This document shows positions 9,382 to 18,653 of a stretch of 64,000 nt of DNA, piece by piece (the stretch's first letter is position 1; every line of letters begins with the position of its first letter). Made by a program: the position numbers and the translations under genes. The stretch is from a virus (Duplodnaviria > Caudoviricetes). The notes beneath the pieces were generated by a model. It did no database searches. It was not told the DNA's origin and was given only the letters and a program-made list of their open reading frames with translations. The stretch is from positions 16,595-80,594 of IMG/VR virus record IMGVR_UViG_3300028887_000102; one strand, given 5' to 3'.

Positions 9382-9786
9382 ATGGCACTTTCCGTACAAG
9401 AAGCAATAGACACGACCTACTTGGACACGGCACACTACGATACAGTGTGTGAGTTCCCCCGTGGTTTTGAATCCTTGAATAGCATCGTAATCAAGGAAGC
9501 CGGGGGTCTTGTTCCGTTTGTAATCGTGGATGGTTCTTTGAAGACTCAAGAAGCCACTATCACGGCAATCGTGACCGCAGAGCAAGAAAACTTGCTCCGA
9601 CAACTTTACCGATTGACTGTCCATCCGAATTATATTGACCAACGATACCCCATCCTACTTACTTGGGGTCATCCCGACAAGAAAATCCAACTGAATTGCT
9701 ACTTGTCCAATTATAAAGCTCCCGATTCCGTGAACTATGGACAAGCGGAAATTCTTGATGTAGATTTAACTTTAAGAGCAATTTAA
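9382..9786 (+). CDS. Tail/baseplate-associated protein
   Basis: Position in the tail module; start reassigned to ATG 9382. Confidence 0.5.
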   Translation: MALSVQEAIDTTYLDTAHYDTVCEFPRGFESLNSIVIKEAGGLVPFVIVDGSLKTQEATITAIVTAEQENLLRQLYRLTVHPNYIDQRYPILLTWGHPDKKIQLNCYLSNYKAPDSVNYGQAEILDVDLTLRAI

Positions 9787-9806
9787 TTTCAACCGAGGAA
9801 ACCATA

Positions 9807-10514
9807 ATGCTCATACCAGTAAACAAACTCCCGTCCAATTTCAAGCCGTATGATTTCAAGTCGTTTACGATGAAAGCAATCAATGCGGAACAAGCCATCA
9901 ACTTGGGTCCAGAACCGACCCTTATGGACATCCGTAAGCTCATCCAAACTCTTGTGAACGATGAGATTGATGCAAGCAAACTTGTACCTATCGACTTGAA
10001 GTACCTTGTGGCAATGCTTGCATTCCACGCATATCCAAAGCAATCGTGGACTCTCAAATTGACTTGCCCCGAATGTGGACACCATCACACAAAGGTTGTG
10101 GAAATGAAAGACTTTCCCCCAGTGCCGAGCCTTTCGGATGATGACCCCTACCCACTTACTATTGACGATGGTAAACACGTCTATGAACTAGGCTATGCAT
10201 CGGTGGAAGCGATTAGCGGAATTGAAGTAGGCAAGTCCGAAAACATTGATGTCATTGCCGCCCACATCATTTCCATTGACGGCAATACGGATGACATCAA
10301 GAAGAAGTTGCTTGAGATTGAAGATTTCGGTGTTCTTGGTTTGATGTACCAAGCCATCTTGAAATACTTTGAAGTCGAAACCTATGCGGAGTTCAAATGC
10401 CCCAAATGCGAAAAGACTTACAAGGTCGCAATGAGTGCTATTGAGGTCACTCAATACACTCCGTTTCTTGACGAGAAAACGCCTAGCCGATATAAGACTA
10501 ATTTTAGGCTTTGA
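9807..10514 (+). CDS. Baseplate hub/tail assembly chaperone (T4 gp26/gp51-like) with two CxxC motifs
   Basis: LTCPECGHHH and FKCPKCEK; lies before the tape-measure-like gene; ends YKTNFRL. Confidence 0.7.
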   Translation: MLIPVNKLPSNFKPYDFKSFTMKAINAEQAINLGPEPTLMDIRKLIQTLVNDEIDASKLVPIDLKYLVAMLAFHAYPKQSWTLKLTCPECGHHHTKVVEMKDFPPVPSLSDDDPYPLTIDDGKHVYELGYASVEAISGIEVGKSENIDVIAAHIISIDGNTDDIKKKLLEIEDFGVLGLMYQAILKYFEVETYAEFKCPKCEKTYKVAMSAIEVTQYTPFLDEKTPSRYKTNFRL

Positions 10515-10617
10515 TTTCAATATGCAACTTTCCCTAGCCGAGATAGAAGACTATCTCCGTGCTAGAGAAGAAATGCTGGAGAAAGAAAAGCGGAACAACA
10601 ATAAGAAAAAGGTATAG
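10509..10617 (+). other. Predicted +1 frameshift site (CTT TGA) and C-terminal extension DFNMQLSLAEIEDYLRAREEMLEKEKRNNNKKKV
   Basis: The +1 frame is open across the TGA and ends 2 nt before the next ATG. Confidence 0.65.
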
Positions 10618-10619
10618 TT

Positions 10620-12638
10620 ATGGCATTGACGCTTGAACAACTTTTTGAAAATATGCGAAGCACCACGGAGTCCAAAGAAGATGGAAACCCGTTGAAAGAT
10701 ATTTTCAATCGGGCGTTCAAGTCGTTTGATGGTGTGGCTAATAGTCTCAAGAACCTTTCCGAACAAATCAAGGTCCAGAATGCCCAAAACCAAACCGCCC
10801 GATTAACCGGTGCGGCATCGGATGTTCAATCCCAAATCCGTGAATTGCTCCAAGCAAAAATCGCAGAAGACCAGATTGAATCCGAACGAAACAAAAGGAT
10901 GATGGACATTGCCGAAAGGCTCGTTCCCCAAGTGACGGAAGAACAACTCAAGGCATTCCGTATGCAACAGTTGTTGTTTAAGGAACACCAAAAGACACTT
11001 GAGAACACCCTTGACATCGAGAAGAAAAAAGCCGAAGTTCAAAAGCAAGCCGCACAAGATATGGCTAATCGGCAGATAGCCACTATCAAGGACAAGTATG
11101 GTACTTTTGAATCCGCTATCGCAGGTGCCGGTAATATGGCACAAGACTCGCTATCAAAATACTTGATTAGCGGTCTTGGTCGTTTTGTAAAAGAACGAAA
11201 AGAAGACCCCCAGATAGCACGTGCGAACACCATCACCGAAAACAAGAAGAACCTTGCGGACAAGATGCTTGCTACCCGGACGGACAATATCAAAGAAGAT
11301 TTTGCCATCCGTGCCGCAAAGCAACACATCGCAGACCCCGGCTCTGCATCCAAGCTCTATGCCGAAAGGGATTCCGATGTCAAGAGCCTTGCATCGCAGG
11401 GGGCATCCATTGAAAAGGGATTGGCTTCTGGCAAGTACAAGTTCTCATTGCCCAAGGTTGAAAAGGCAATGTCCGATGTTGCCAAGGCTATCAAGGGCGA
11501 AGACACACCCAATATTGCTAAAGCGGACATTGCCGAGATTCAAGAGATTCCGGAAATCACAAAGGATAGCATAAATAAGTTGCTTGACTTTGAGCCACCC
11601 ACCGTTGAAGCAAAGGTGGATGCACCGAACCCCCCGAAGACCGAACCTACGGCAAAGATAGAACCGAACCCCCCGAAAGCCGTACCTACGGAAAAGAAAG
11701 AACCGACACCAAAGAAAGCTCCGAAGAATGCAAAGATGCAGAAAGCCACACGGCAGAGTTCATCCTTGCTTACTCCGGCAACAAAGCGAACACCCCAGAC
11801 CACAAGGATTGCCCCCGCAACTCCTATGAAAGCGGGTGCGACTAAAAATGCCGTCAAGACGGCAAGTGTCGGTGTAAAAGCCACAAAGACCGGGGCATCC
11901 GTTGCTTCGGGAGCAAGGGCGGTTGGAGCATTCGGTAGCAAAGCCGGTGCCATCAATGTGGGTGCAATCGGTTCGGCGCTAGGCTCTATGTCTGCCAAAC
12001 TTGGTACACTCGCTAGTTCATCTCTCAAGTTCCTTGGACCCTGGGGAATGGTGGCTAGTGCCGTAATGTCTTTTGATAGACTTGTTCCTATCATAAGCCA
12101 AGGTGTAGGAGCAATCCTTGACATAACAAAAGTTATTATGCCCCTACTCGTTTCCAGTATCATAGAGGGGTTTGCTCAAGGTGTCGGCGCTTTGAATGGT
12201 CTTATCAACTTGTTAGACCACGCACCACTTTTCGGTAGAAAATGGACGGAATCGGGAGAAGTCACGAAAGCCGTAGCATCCGAAAGGGATAAAGAAGCCG
12301 AACGGCAAACCAGATTGAGTACGGCAAAGAAGCAAGCCGCCTTGGGTGGTGGTACACTTGACACGACATCTGCCGTCAAGGGTGTTAATGCAGGGTTCGC
12401 ACAAGTTGGAAAGCCCCTTGTGACGAGACAAGAAACGACTCTCACGAACCCGGCAGAAGCGGCTAGGGTCTCCGCACCCCCTCCGCAAGAACCCCAGCAG
12501 AACTTTTCTATGGACGATTGGAAACAACAAACAGAGCAAAACCAAGCGATGCGAGAAGCCGTACTCGCGGCATCCAAGAATCCGGGAACTACACCGATTA
12601 TGGTGTCTAGTCCTTATATGGAGCCGTGGCCGGCTTGA
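10620..12638 (+). CDS. Tape-measure/hub-like protein (T4 gp29-like position)
   Basis: 672 aa; coiled-coil N-terminus, Pro/Lys/Thr-rich linker, Ala/Gly-rich hydrophobic segment; follows the chaperone gene. Confidence 0.6.
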   Translation: MALTLEQLFENMRSTTESKEDGNPLKDIFNRAFKSFDGVANSLKNLSEQIKVQNAQNQTARLTGAASDVQSQIRELLQAKIAEDQIESERNKRMMDIAERLVPQVTEEQLKAFRMQQLLFKEHQKTLENTLDIEKKKAEVQKQAAQDMANRQIATIKDKYGTFESAIAGAGNMAQDSLSKYLISGLGRFVKERKEDPQIARANTITENKKNLADKMLATRTDNIKEDFAIRAAKQHIADPGSASKLYAERDSDVKSLASQGASIEKGLASGKYKFSLPKVEKAMSDVAKAIKGEDTPNIAKADIAEIQEIPEITKDSINKLLDFEPPTVEAKVDAPNPPKTEPTAKIEPNPPKAVPTEKKEPTPKKAPKNAKMQKATRQSSSLLTPATKRTPQTTRIAPATPMKAGATKNAVKTASVGVKATKTGASVASGARAVGAFGSKAGAINVGAIGSALGSMSAKLGTLASSSLKFLGPWGMVASAVMSFDRLVPIISQGVGAILDITKVIMPLLVSSIIEGFAQGVGALNGLINLLDHAPLFGRKWTESGEVTKAVASERDKEAERQTRLSTAKKQAALGGGTLDTTSAVKGVNAGFAQVGKPLVTRQETTLTNPAEAARVSAPPPQEPQQNFSMDDWKQQTEQNQAMREAVLAASKNPGTTPIMVSSPYMEPWPA

Positions 12639-12647
12639 GGGTAAACG

Positions 12648-13574
12648 ATGCCTACGATTGAATCTAAAGAATTTCGCTATGCGGCAAGAGCCAACTGTTA
12701 TCGGTATGGTTGTCTCTATGTGTATTCGGACAATCCTATTAGCCTTGATGACCATAATTTCCCATCGTACTCATCCAAAGAGAGTACCGGTGCCGTTGAG
12801 AAGTTCCTATCCTTGATTCAAAGTTTAGGTTCTCAAGCAACCGGCAACGACCCTGCGGACAAGTTGTCCAAGCCCCTGCCGGGTGTTCAATGGAACGATG
12901 GTGGTGGTACATTAAGTCAATCTATCACGCTTGACGGCACAATGTATTTCTTGAGTTATAACGACTATGTGGATTGCAAAAGGTCACTCCGCAAAGAAAT
13001 CGTTAGCCAAGGTTGGGAACAAGTCGTGTCCAGAAATGAAACTCTGGGTATGAGCCTTTCTACCTATCGCCCTGCAAAGCACGGTTCGGATGCCCTTTAC
13101 AACGATGACCCAGTGGATGCGGCAGGGATGGCTATGATGACATCCGCAATGCAACATTCGATGGACCAGACCAAGATGCTTGTCGGCTACATATCTAGCG
13201 ATTCCCAAATGTATGCCGAGGGCAAAGCAAGGTCTGAATCGTCTATGGCCGGCAAGTTGGCTGGTGTTCCGGTGGCAGGGGCTATCGGTGGCATCGGTGC
13301 AAACATCGCGGCTGGTGTTGAAGCGATGGGTTCTAACTTTAATTCGGGTATCGTAGGCAAATGGCGATTCGCTGGTCATCCGGTAGAATTGCTCATAGAG
13401 GGTGGTGTGGCAAGGGCTAGTGTAAGTGCCGTTATGTCCAAGGCTACATTCACGGAACAAGCCTATGTGGTAGATGATACATCTGGTAATCAAGTATATC
13501 CTACCGAGATGAAAGTACGGATTGAACTTGTCAATATGTATGGTTCTTTGTTCACGGCATCATCGGAGAAGTAA
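12648..13574 (+). CDS. Baseplate/tube-initiator-like protein
   Basis: 308 aa; synteny in the tail module; C-terminal VYPTEMKVRIELVNM beta strands. Confidence 0.5.
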   Translation: MPTIESKEFRYAARANCYRYGCLYVYSDNPISLDDHNFPSYSSKESTGAVEKFLSLIQSLGSQATGNDPADKLSKPLPGVQWNDGGGTLSQSITLDGTMYFLSYNDYVDCKRSLRKEIVSQGWEQVVSRNETLGMSLSTYRPAKHGSDALYNDDPVDAAGMAMMTSAMQHSMDQTKMLVGYISSDSQMYAEGKARSESSMAGKLAGVPVAGAIGGIGANIAAGVEAMGSNFNSGIVGKWRFAGHPVELLIEGGVARASVSAVMSKATFTEQAYVVDDTSGNQVYPTEMKVRIELVNMYGSLFTASSEK

Positions 13575-13577
13575 ACT

Positions 13578-13844
13578 ATGGATGAGATAAGAAGCATTGA
13601 GAGATTCCTTGAATCCAATAGTAGTGTCAATCCCCGACCGGCTGCCGGGACGGTTGTACAAGCGGACTTGAAGACCAAGTATCGCCCGGACAAGTTGTTT
13701 GTCCGTGATGGGTTGATGAAGTGGAATATGATATTCAACGGCATCGACACACCACATAGGATGGCAAACCGCAGTATGCAAGTCCGCATAGACCCTACTT
13801 GGCTCAAGACGGAACTTGCAGAAATAAAGGATTTCAAGATTTAA
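13578..13844 (+). CDS. Small baseplate wedge-like protein
   Basis: 88 aa; assigned by synteny only. Confidence 0.4.
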   Translation: MDEIRSIERFLESNSSVNPRPAAGTVVQADLKTKYRPDKLFVRDGLMKWNMIFNGIDTPHRMANRSMQVRIDPTWLKTELAEIKDFKI

Positions 13845-13847
13845 ATT

Positions 13848-14651
13848 ATGGTTGAATGCAGTATCGGACATATTGACGGAGCGATAATCCGCAAGGCTTT
13901 ATCGGGCTACACATTCGCACAAATTACCGTGCCGATGGAGAACTACAACGATTCTCCAAAGTTCACTCTTACGATAGATAAGAAAACTACCGAGTACAAG
14001 ATGGTTGGTAGCGAAGTGTTTATGCAATCTGGGTCAAAAACCGCCGTTAAGATTTCTGCAATCAAAGCCGAACAAGAAAAATGGCTTGAAGTCGTTCCGT
14101 CATCCGTTGAAGAAGCGGACATCAAAGACTTGCTCAAGGGTCTTGAGATTGAAGACGGCCCAAGTCTGCCGGTGTCTAATCTAATCAATATTTTCTTGAC
14201 CAAGGGTCAATATGCATTGATGCTTGCCAATATGACCGCGAAGAATGCTTTCATAGACTTTGACAAGCAAAAAGTTGTCTATTATTCGGAGCTTTATAAG
14301 CAAAAAGCCCAAGTCATCCAAGTTCCGTTCCGTAGAATTTATAGCCGAGTTCCAATGGCTGGTTATTTCGGATGGGAAGAAACGGCAAGTGGTTATTTCC
14401 CGGATGATGCCCAGGCCATCATACCTTTCGGTCAATTCAATAATATGGACAAGAACACCCTTGACAACCTAGTGACCAACTGCAATGACATCGCCAAAAT
14501 GTTTAGCGATTTGCAAGTGTTCACTTGGCCCGAAGAACTTGAATTGGGAACTGCGGTATTGAGTCCATTGACGATGGACAAGAAAATAATCGTAGCCGTT
14601 GAAGAACAATGGGATTCCCAGACCCCACTCAACGCTTTCTACTGCATCTAA
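13848..14651 (+). CDS. Baseplate hub-like protein
   Basis: 267 aa; last gene of the tail module; assigned by synteny only. Confidence 0.4.
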   Translation: MVECSIGHIDGAIIRKALSGYTFAQITVPMENYNDSPKFTLTIDKKTTEYKMVGSEVFMQSGSKTAVKISAIKAEQEKWLEVVPSSVEEADIKDLLKGLEIEDGPSLPVSNLINIFLTKGQYALMLANMTAKNAFIDFDKQKVVYYSELYKQKAQVIQVPFRRIYSRVPMAGYFGWEETASGYFPDDAQAIIPFGQFNNMDKNTLDNLVTNCNDIAKMFSDLQVFTWPEELELGTAVLSPLTMDKKIIVAVEEQWDSQTPLNAFYCI

Positions 14652-14691
14652 TTGTAAGTAAAATGTAAGTAATAATTTTTAAAGAAATCTA

Positions 14692-14720
14692 TTGACAAGT
14701 TTGTGATATTTACTTATATT
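14692..14720 (+). promoter_or_regulatory. Sigma70-type promoter, copy 2
   Basis: TTGACA-agtttgtgatatttact-TATATT. Confidence 0.85.
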
Positions 14721-14749
14721 CATATCGGAAAATCAAAAGGAGTTCCGAT

Positions 14750-15148
14750 ATGGCAGATACTAGGATTCTTGATAGGGATGCGGCTCTTATTGAAGCCCAC
14801 AAGTTCTTTGACAAAAAAGCCAACCATTACCATACTAAATTTGAATCCACCGAAAAGGGTTCTTTTGAAGAACTCAAGGCTTTTGCCGTATATAACGAAC
14901 TCAATGAAATTCGGAACAATCTTTGGTTATGCATAACCTATGGTTCGGGAAATACCAAAGTGTCCATTGATAGAAAGCGGATTTGGACGGCATATACAGT
15001 CTTCCAAGATAGAACAAAGAAATGTCTCAAGGTTTACGAAGCACACCCCTATGGAGATAAGGGCAAACGAGCCTACTTGAACTACAAGAATAGCGAATCC
15101 ATTGAAGATGCTCTCTGGAAGACCTACGATTCTTTAGCCCATAAATAA
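14750..15148 (+). CDS. Hypothetical protein
   Basis: AAGGAG RBS; first gene after the promoter. Confidence 0.75.
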   Translation: MADTRILDRDAALIEAHKFFDKKANHYHTKFESTEKGSFEELKAFAVYNELNEIRNNLWLCITYGSGNTKVSIDRKRIWTAYTVFQDRTKKCLKVYEAHPYGDKGKRAYLNYKNSESIEDALWKTYDSLAHK

Positions 15149-15160
15149 GGAGACCACCGT

Positions 15161-15355
15161 ATGCGAAACACTTGCAAGATTCCCACTCTCAAGGATGCGA
15201 AGTTGCACGGATGGACGGCAACAAAAAAATTCATTGACAAAGAACCCGACAAGAAAGGTAGGATGCAATACTACTATGACTTTACGGATAAAACCGGAAA
15301 GGTAATGGGCTTCTCAAAACTTGTCGTGGTCAAAGTCAAAAAGCCAATTAAATAG
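15161..15355 (+). CDS. Small basic hypothetical protein
   Basis: AAGGAG RBS. Confidence 0.65.
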   Translation: MRNTCKIPTLKDAKLHGWTATKKFIDKEPDKKGRMQYYYDFTDKTGKVMGFSKLVVVKVKKPIK

Positions 15356-15412
15356 GAGAAAACCAATATGAATAAAGAAGAACTTACCACCAACGACTAA
15401 TCGGGAGTCTAT

Positions 15413-15901
15413 ATGTACGAATACATCATTAGTGCAAGCAATTATCCTAGCAAGGGTCCAAAATGGCAAGATGTCACTAAAATCGAGCATACTGGCACTA
15501 ACTATGCGGAAGTAGCAGACACAACCCGAAAACTCGCCAAGACTGTATTCTCAAAGCGAGACATCGTTGAATATAGTGTAATGCAGAGACTCCGTAAAAC
15601 GGATGAGTGCATCGTCATCAAGTATTTCCGATACCATCCCCTGCCGAAGACCATCGCCGATTTGAAGAAAGCACCACGGGATGATTGGAACTCCAAGAAC
15701 AAGGTTAGCATCGGTGACAAAATCAAAATCGTAGGTCTTGTTCCGAATCGTGATGGTAAACTAGACCCAGCGGAAAAGCGATACATCGGAAAGGTCGGTG
15801 TCGTGACCCATATTGATAGCAAGGGTAGCATTGCCGGTACTTGGGGTGGAATCCGCTTGCTCCCCGAAGACCTTTTCAAAATCATAAAAAGAACCAAATA
15901 A
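15413..15901 (+). CDS. Hypothetical protein with a C-terminal SH3-like (DUF4314-like) domain
   Basis: IGDKIKIV...DP...GKVGVVTHIDSKGSI.GTWG.IRLLPEDLF. Confidence 0.5.
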   Translation: MYEYIISASNYPSKGPKWQDVTKIEHTGTNYAEVADTTRKLAKTVFSKRDIVEYSVMQRLRKTDECIVIKYFRYHPLPKTIADLKKAPRDDWNSKNKVSIGDKIKIVGLVPNRDGKLDPAEKRYIGKVGVVTHIDSKGSIAGTWGGIRLLPEDLFKIIKRTK

Positions 15902-15904
15902 AGG

Positions 15905-17476
15905 ATGATTATGATTGATGAAAAATTTAAAGATATTACGGAATCGTTCGACACGGAACTCTCCGAAATCATAAATAAGAAGAACACCCTCATTGAAGAT
16001 GCAAAGCAACTGCAAACAAAGATGCAGGGTGTTCAATCTGCGGAAAACGAATGCCGCAACCGCATATACAACAAGAAACTTGAGTTCGCCAAGGATTACA
16101 TTACCAACAATATCCTTACGATGCCCACACCAAAAAAGTGGGATTTTCATAGAGTTATGGAACTCCGTAAAGCTCTAGCGAATAGCAAGTGTACAACGGC
16201 AGACGAAAGGGCTGAATCATTGAAAGTCCTTCAAGAATTGAAATTGTATGTGACTACATTTCCGATTGTTGAACGAATCGCAGGGTTGCTCAAGACATGG
16301 ACTGCAAGTGCCATCGACATATCGGGCGAAAAACCTAAAGATGGAAGATACCCTTACGAATTGCAACTTACGGTCAATGGTAGCGACCCTATTCTTTTCG
16401 TGAGCAATAGGATTTGGTTTTACCGCGACTGGGAAGACCACGGCTATGAACGCCAATCCATAGCCAATTTTATGTACCGCGATTCCGATGGGTACGCCCG
16501 TTGCGGATATGTTGATTATTGGGAAATCCTATGTGCCGAAACGGTCTTGTCCGCAGAGTACATCGCCGGAGCCATAAACAAGGATAACGATAATAGTTTC
16601 CAATACCATTCGATATTGCACAAGATTGGTAGTAGAAACGGATATTGCCCGATGTCCAATGAAAGATTTTCATACGCTACGGACTACGAACTTGCCGCCA
16701 AACTCATCGCATATAATTACAAGTGGTTCAAGGTTGATGATATTCTCAAGGCACATCCGCAGATTAAAGAAACAATTATTGCGGATAATAGTGGCGTGGC
16801 TGAAAATACCCAGGAAAACGAAGTTATACTTAAACCGTGGATTGATTTGGTCTATCAAATTATAATAAGCCCCAAAGCCAAAGTAAGTGATATTATCCAC
16901 AAGACGATTGATACCAATATGCTTGCACAAGTGGATAAGATTGATTTTGACTACAAGAGCCGTTCCGTAGTATGGACGGAATATTCCGATGGCGAAATGG
17001 TCTTCGACCCGGACACTTGCGAAATGATTCACAAGCACGGAACACCCCATACCGTGAGCCTTGATGGTGTCATCGTTAAAGACATTCCAGAATACTTGAT
17101 TGAAAACATCATAGAACTTTCAAAGTATGGTGTTGCCTATGGTATGCTATATGTGTCCAAGCATACGGGTATTGGGGAATCCAGCGATGAAACCTACAAC
17201 ACGGATTATATGACCCCCAAGAACCGCAGAGTTCTTCTTGACAAGGAACTTTCGGAATATGGTGTCATTTCCCAAGTTAAGCGTGAACGAGATTACTGGG
17301 TGGTTCTCAACTTTACAATAGCCCTCAAAGTTCCCAAAACACAATTTGAAGAAAAATATAAGGACTACATTCACGGCTCAACAAACAATAATGAACCAAA
17401 GTACCGGTTTTACCCGGTGTTTGATGATAACAAGAACATCGTTGGGATTACTGCGAAGAAACCGAAGCGAAGATGA
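15905..17476 (+). CDS. Large hypothetical protein
   Basis: 523-aa ORF with an N-terminal coiled coil. Confidence 0.75.
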   Translation: MIMIDEKFKDITESFDTELSEIINKKNTLIEDAKQLQTKMQGVQSAENECRNRIYNKKLEFAKDYITNNILTMPTPKKWDFHRVMELRKALANSKCTTADERAESLKVLQELKLYVTTFPIVERIAGLLKTWTASAIDISGEKPKDGRYPYELQLTVNGSDPILFVSNRIWFYRDWEDHGYERQSIANFMYRDSDGYARCGYVDYWEILCAETVLSAEYIAGAINKDNDNSFQYHSILHKIGSRNGYCPMSNERFSYATDYELAAKLIAYNYKWFKVDDILKAHPQIKETIIADNSGVAENTQENEVILKPWIDLVYQIIISPKAKVSDIIHKTIDTNMLAQVDKIDFDYKSRSVVWTEYSDGEMVFDPDTCEMIHKHGTPHTVSLDGVIVKDIPEYLIENIIELSKYGVAYGMLYVSKHTGIGESSDETYNTDYMTPKNRRVLLDKELSEYGVISQVKRERDYWVVLNFTIALKVPKTQFEEKYKDYIHGSTNNNEPKYRFYPVFDDNKNIVGITAKKPKRR

Positions 17477-17548
17477 TTTCCCTATGCGTTTATGTGCATA
17501 ATGGAATAGAGTTTAAAGACAAATACATTGGACTCCATATAAACCCAC

Positions 17549-17573
17549 AAAAGAGCCTTTCTAGGCTCTTTTT
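17549..17573. terminator. Bidirectional intrinsic terminator
   Basis: AAAAGAGCCT-ttct-AGGCTCTTTT between convergent genes. Confidence 0.85.
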
Positions 17574-17615
17574 CCGTTTAGGGGTATAAAGGTAGCACCC
17601 CACCATACGAAACGG

Positions 17616-18098
17616 CTACGGAGAGTGGTTTTCTTTAACTGGCGTGGTCAATTCGGAACGAAGATACCAATGACCCTTGATACATTTATGGGTCTTGCAA
17701 TATTTTCGCATAGATAGCCTACTTTTCCGATTACATTTAAGTCTATTGGCAGCCCTATATGCTCGCCAATATTCGACACCATCGGAGACATGGCCATACT
17801 TGGGGAACAATACGGATTTAGAATTAGCCGATTGTTCTTTAGGTGTAGCATACCTTAAATTTTCGGGTCGGTTATCCGAACGATTTCTATTGATATGGTC
17901 AATAGAACACCCTATGGGGCATTCTCCAATAAATGTTTCTGCAACTAGACGATGGACACGAATCTTTTTTCCATTATAGCAGATATACCTATAACCCCTT
18001 GAATTTGAGCCAAACGCCCAATTTTTACCATTATTATGGCTAACAGCACCATCGGAGCGAACTAAAATGTTCAAAGATGGATGATTCTTTACAATCAT
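17616..18098 (-). CDS. Free-standing HNH homing endonuclease
   Basis: KIRVHRLVAETFIGECPIGCSIDHINRNRSDNRPENLRYAT (HNH_3-type motif). Confidence 0.9.
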   Translation of the reverse strand: MIVKNHPSLNILVRSDGAVSHNNGKNWAFGSNSRGYRYICYNGKKIRVHRLVAETFIGECPIGCSIDHINRNRSDNRPENLRYATPKEQSANSKSVLFPKYGHVSDGVEYWRAYRAANRLKCNRKSRLSMRKYCKTHKCIKGHWYLRSELTTPVKENHSP

Positions 18099-18653
18099 AC
18101 GAAAAGCCTACAAATAGAATACCCAGCATCCGCATAAAGTGGTAGTTTACGAATACTGGGCATTCCAAAAATGCAGATTCTATGAGATATGCGAACTACC
18201 ACGAACACATATCAATACACCAAAAATATATAAATTTTTCTAGTAAAGGCAACTCAATCTCAACAACCATAAGGGATTCTTTAAAAAAACAATTTAACTA
18301 ATGGGAGCTGTATGGGGAGGTGCTGGGTGTTATTAGAGTAGGTAGAATACTAGGATAGAAATAAGAGAAAGTATAGGGGGTATGTAGGCGAGATGGCGGT
18401 GTAGATTCCTAGATGCTTAAAAAAGTTTACAATCATTCCTAGCCATTTCGGAAATTTTGTGCTATATTTGTATCAACTTTGAATCCGAATCGCTTTGCGC
18501 AATTTGCGATTTGGTTCTCTTCAAAATTCGACGGGGTGGATTCCCCTAAAAAGGAGTCCACCCCAACCCATTGAATTTTGAATGGCATAAAGTTCACTAG
18601 CGGAGTTATGAAGGGCTAGTGCTAATGATGGGTCGAATTTCGTAGAGGATTCA

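Noticed and set aside
15368-15400. 10-aa ORF MNKEELTTND with a good RBS, sharing ACCAACGACTAA with the end of the 3000..3143 ORF
   Set aside because: A 12-nt match and a tiny ORF cannot be distinguished from a deletion scar or chance.
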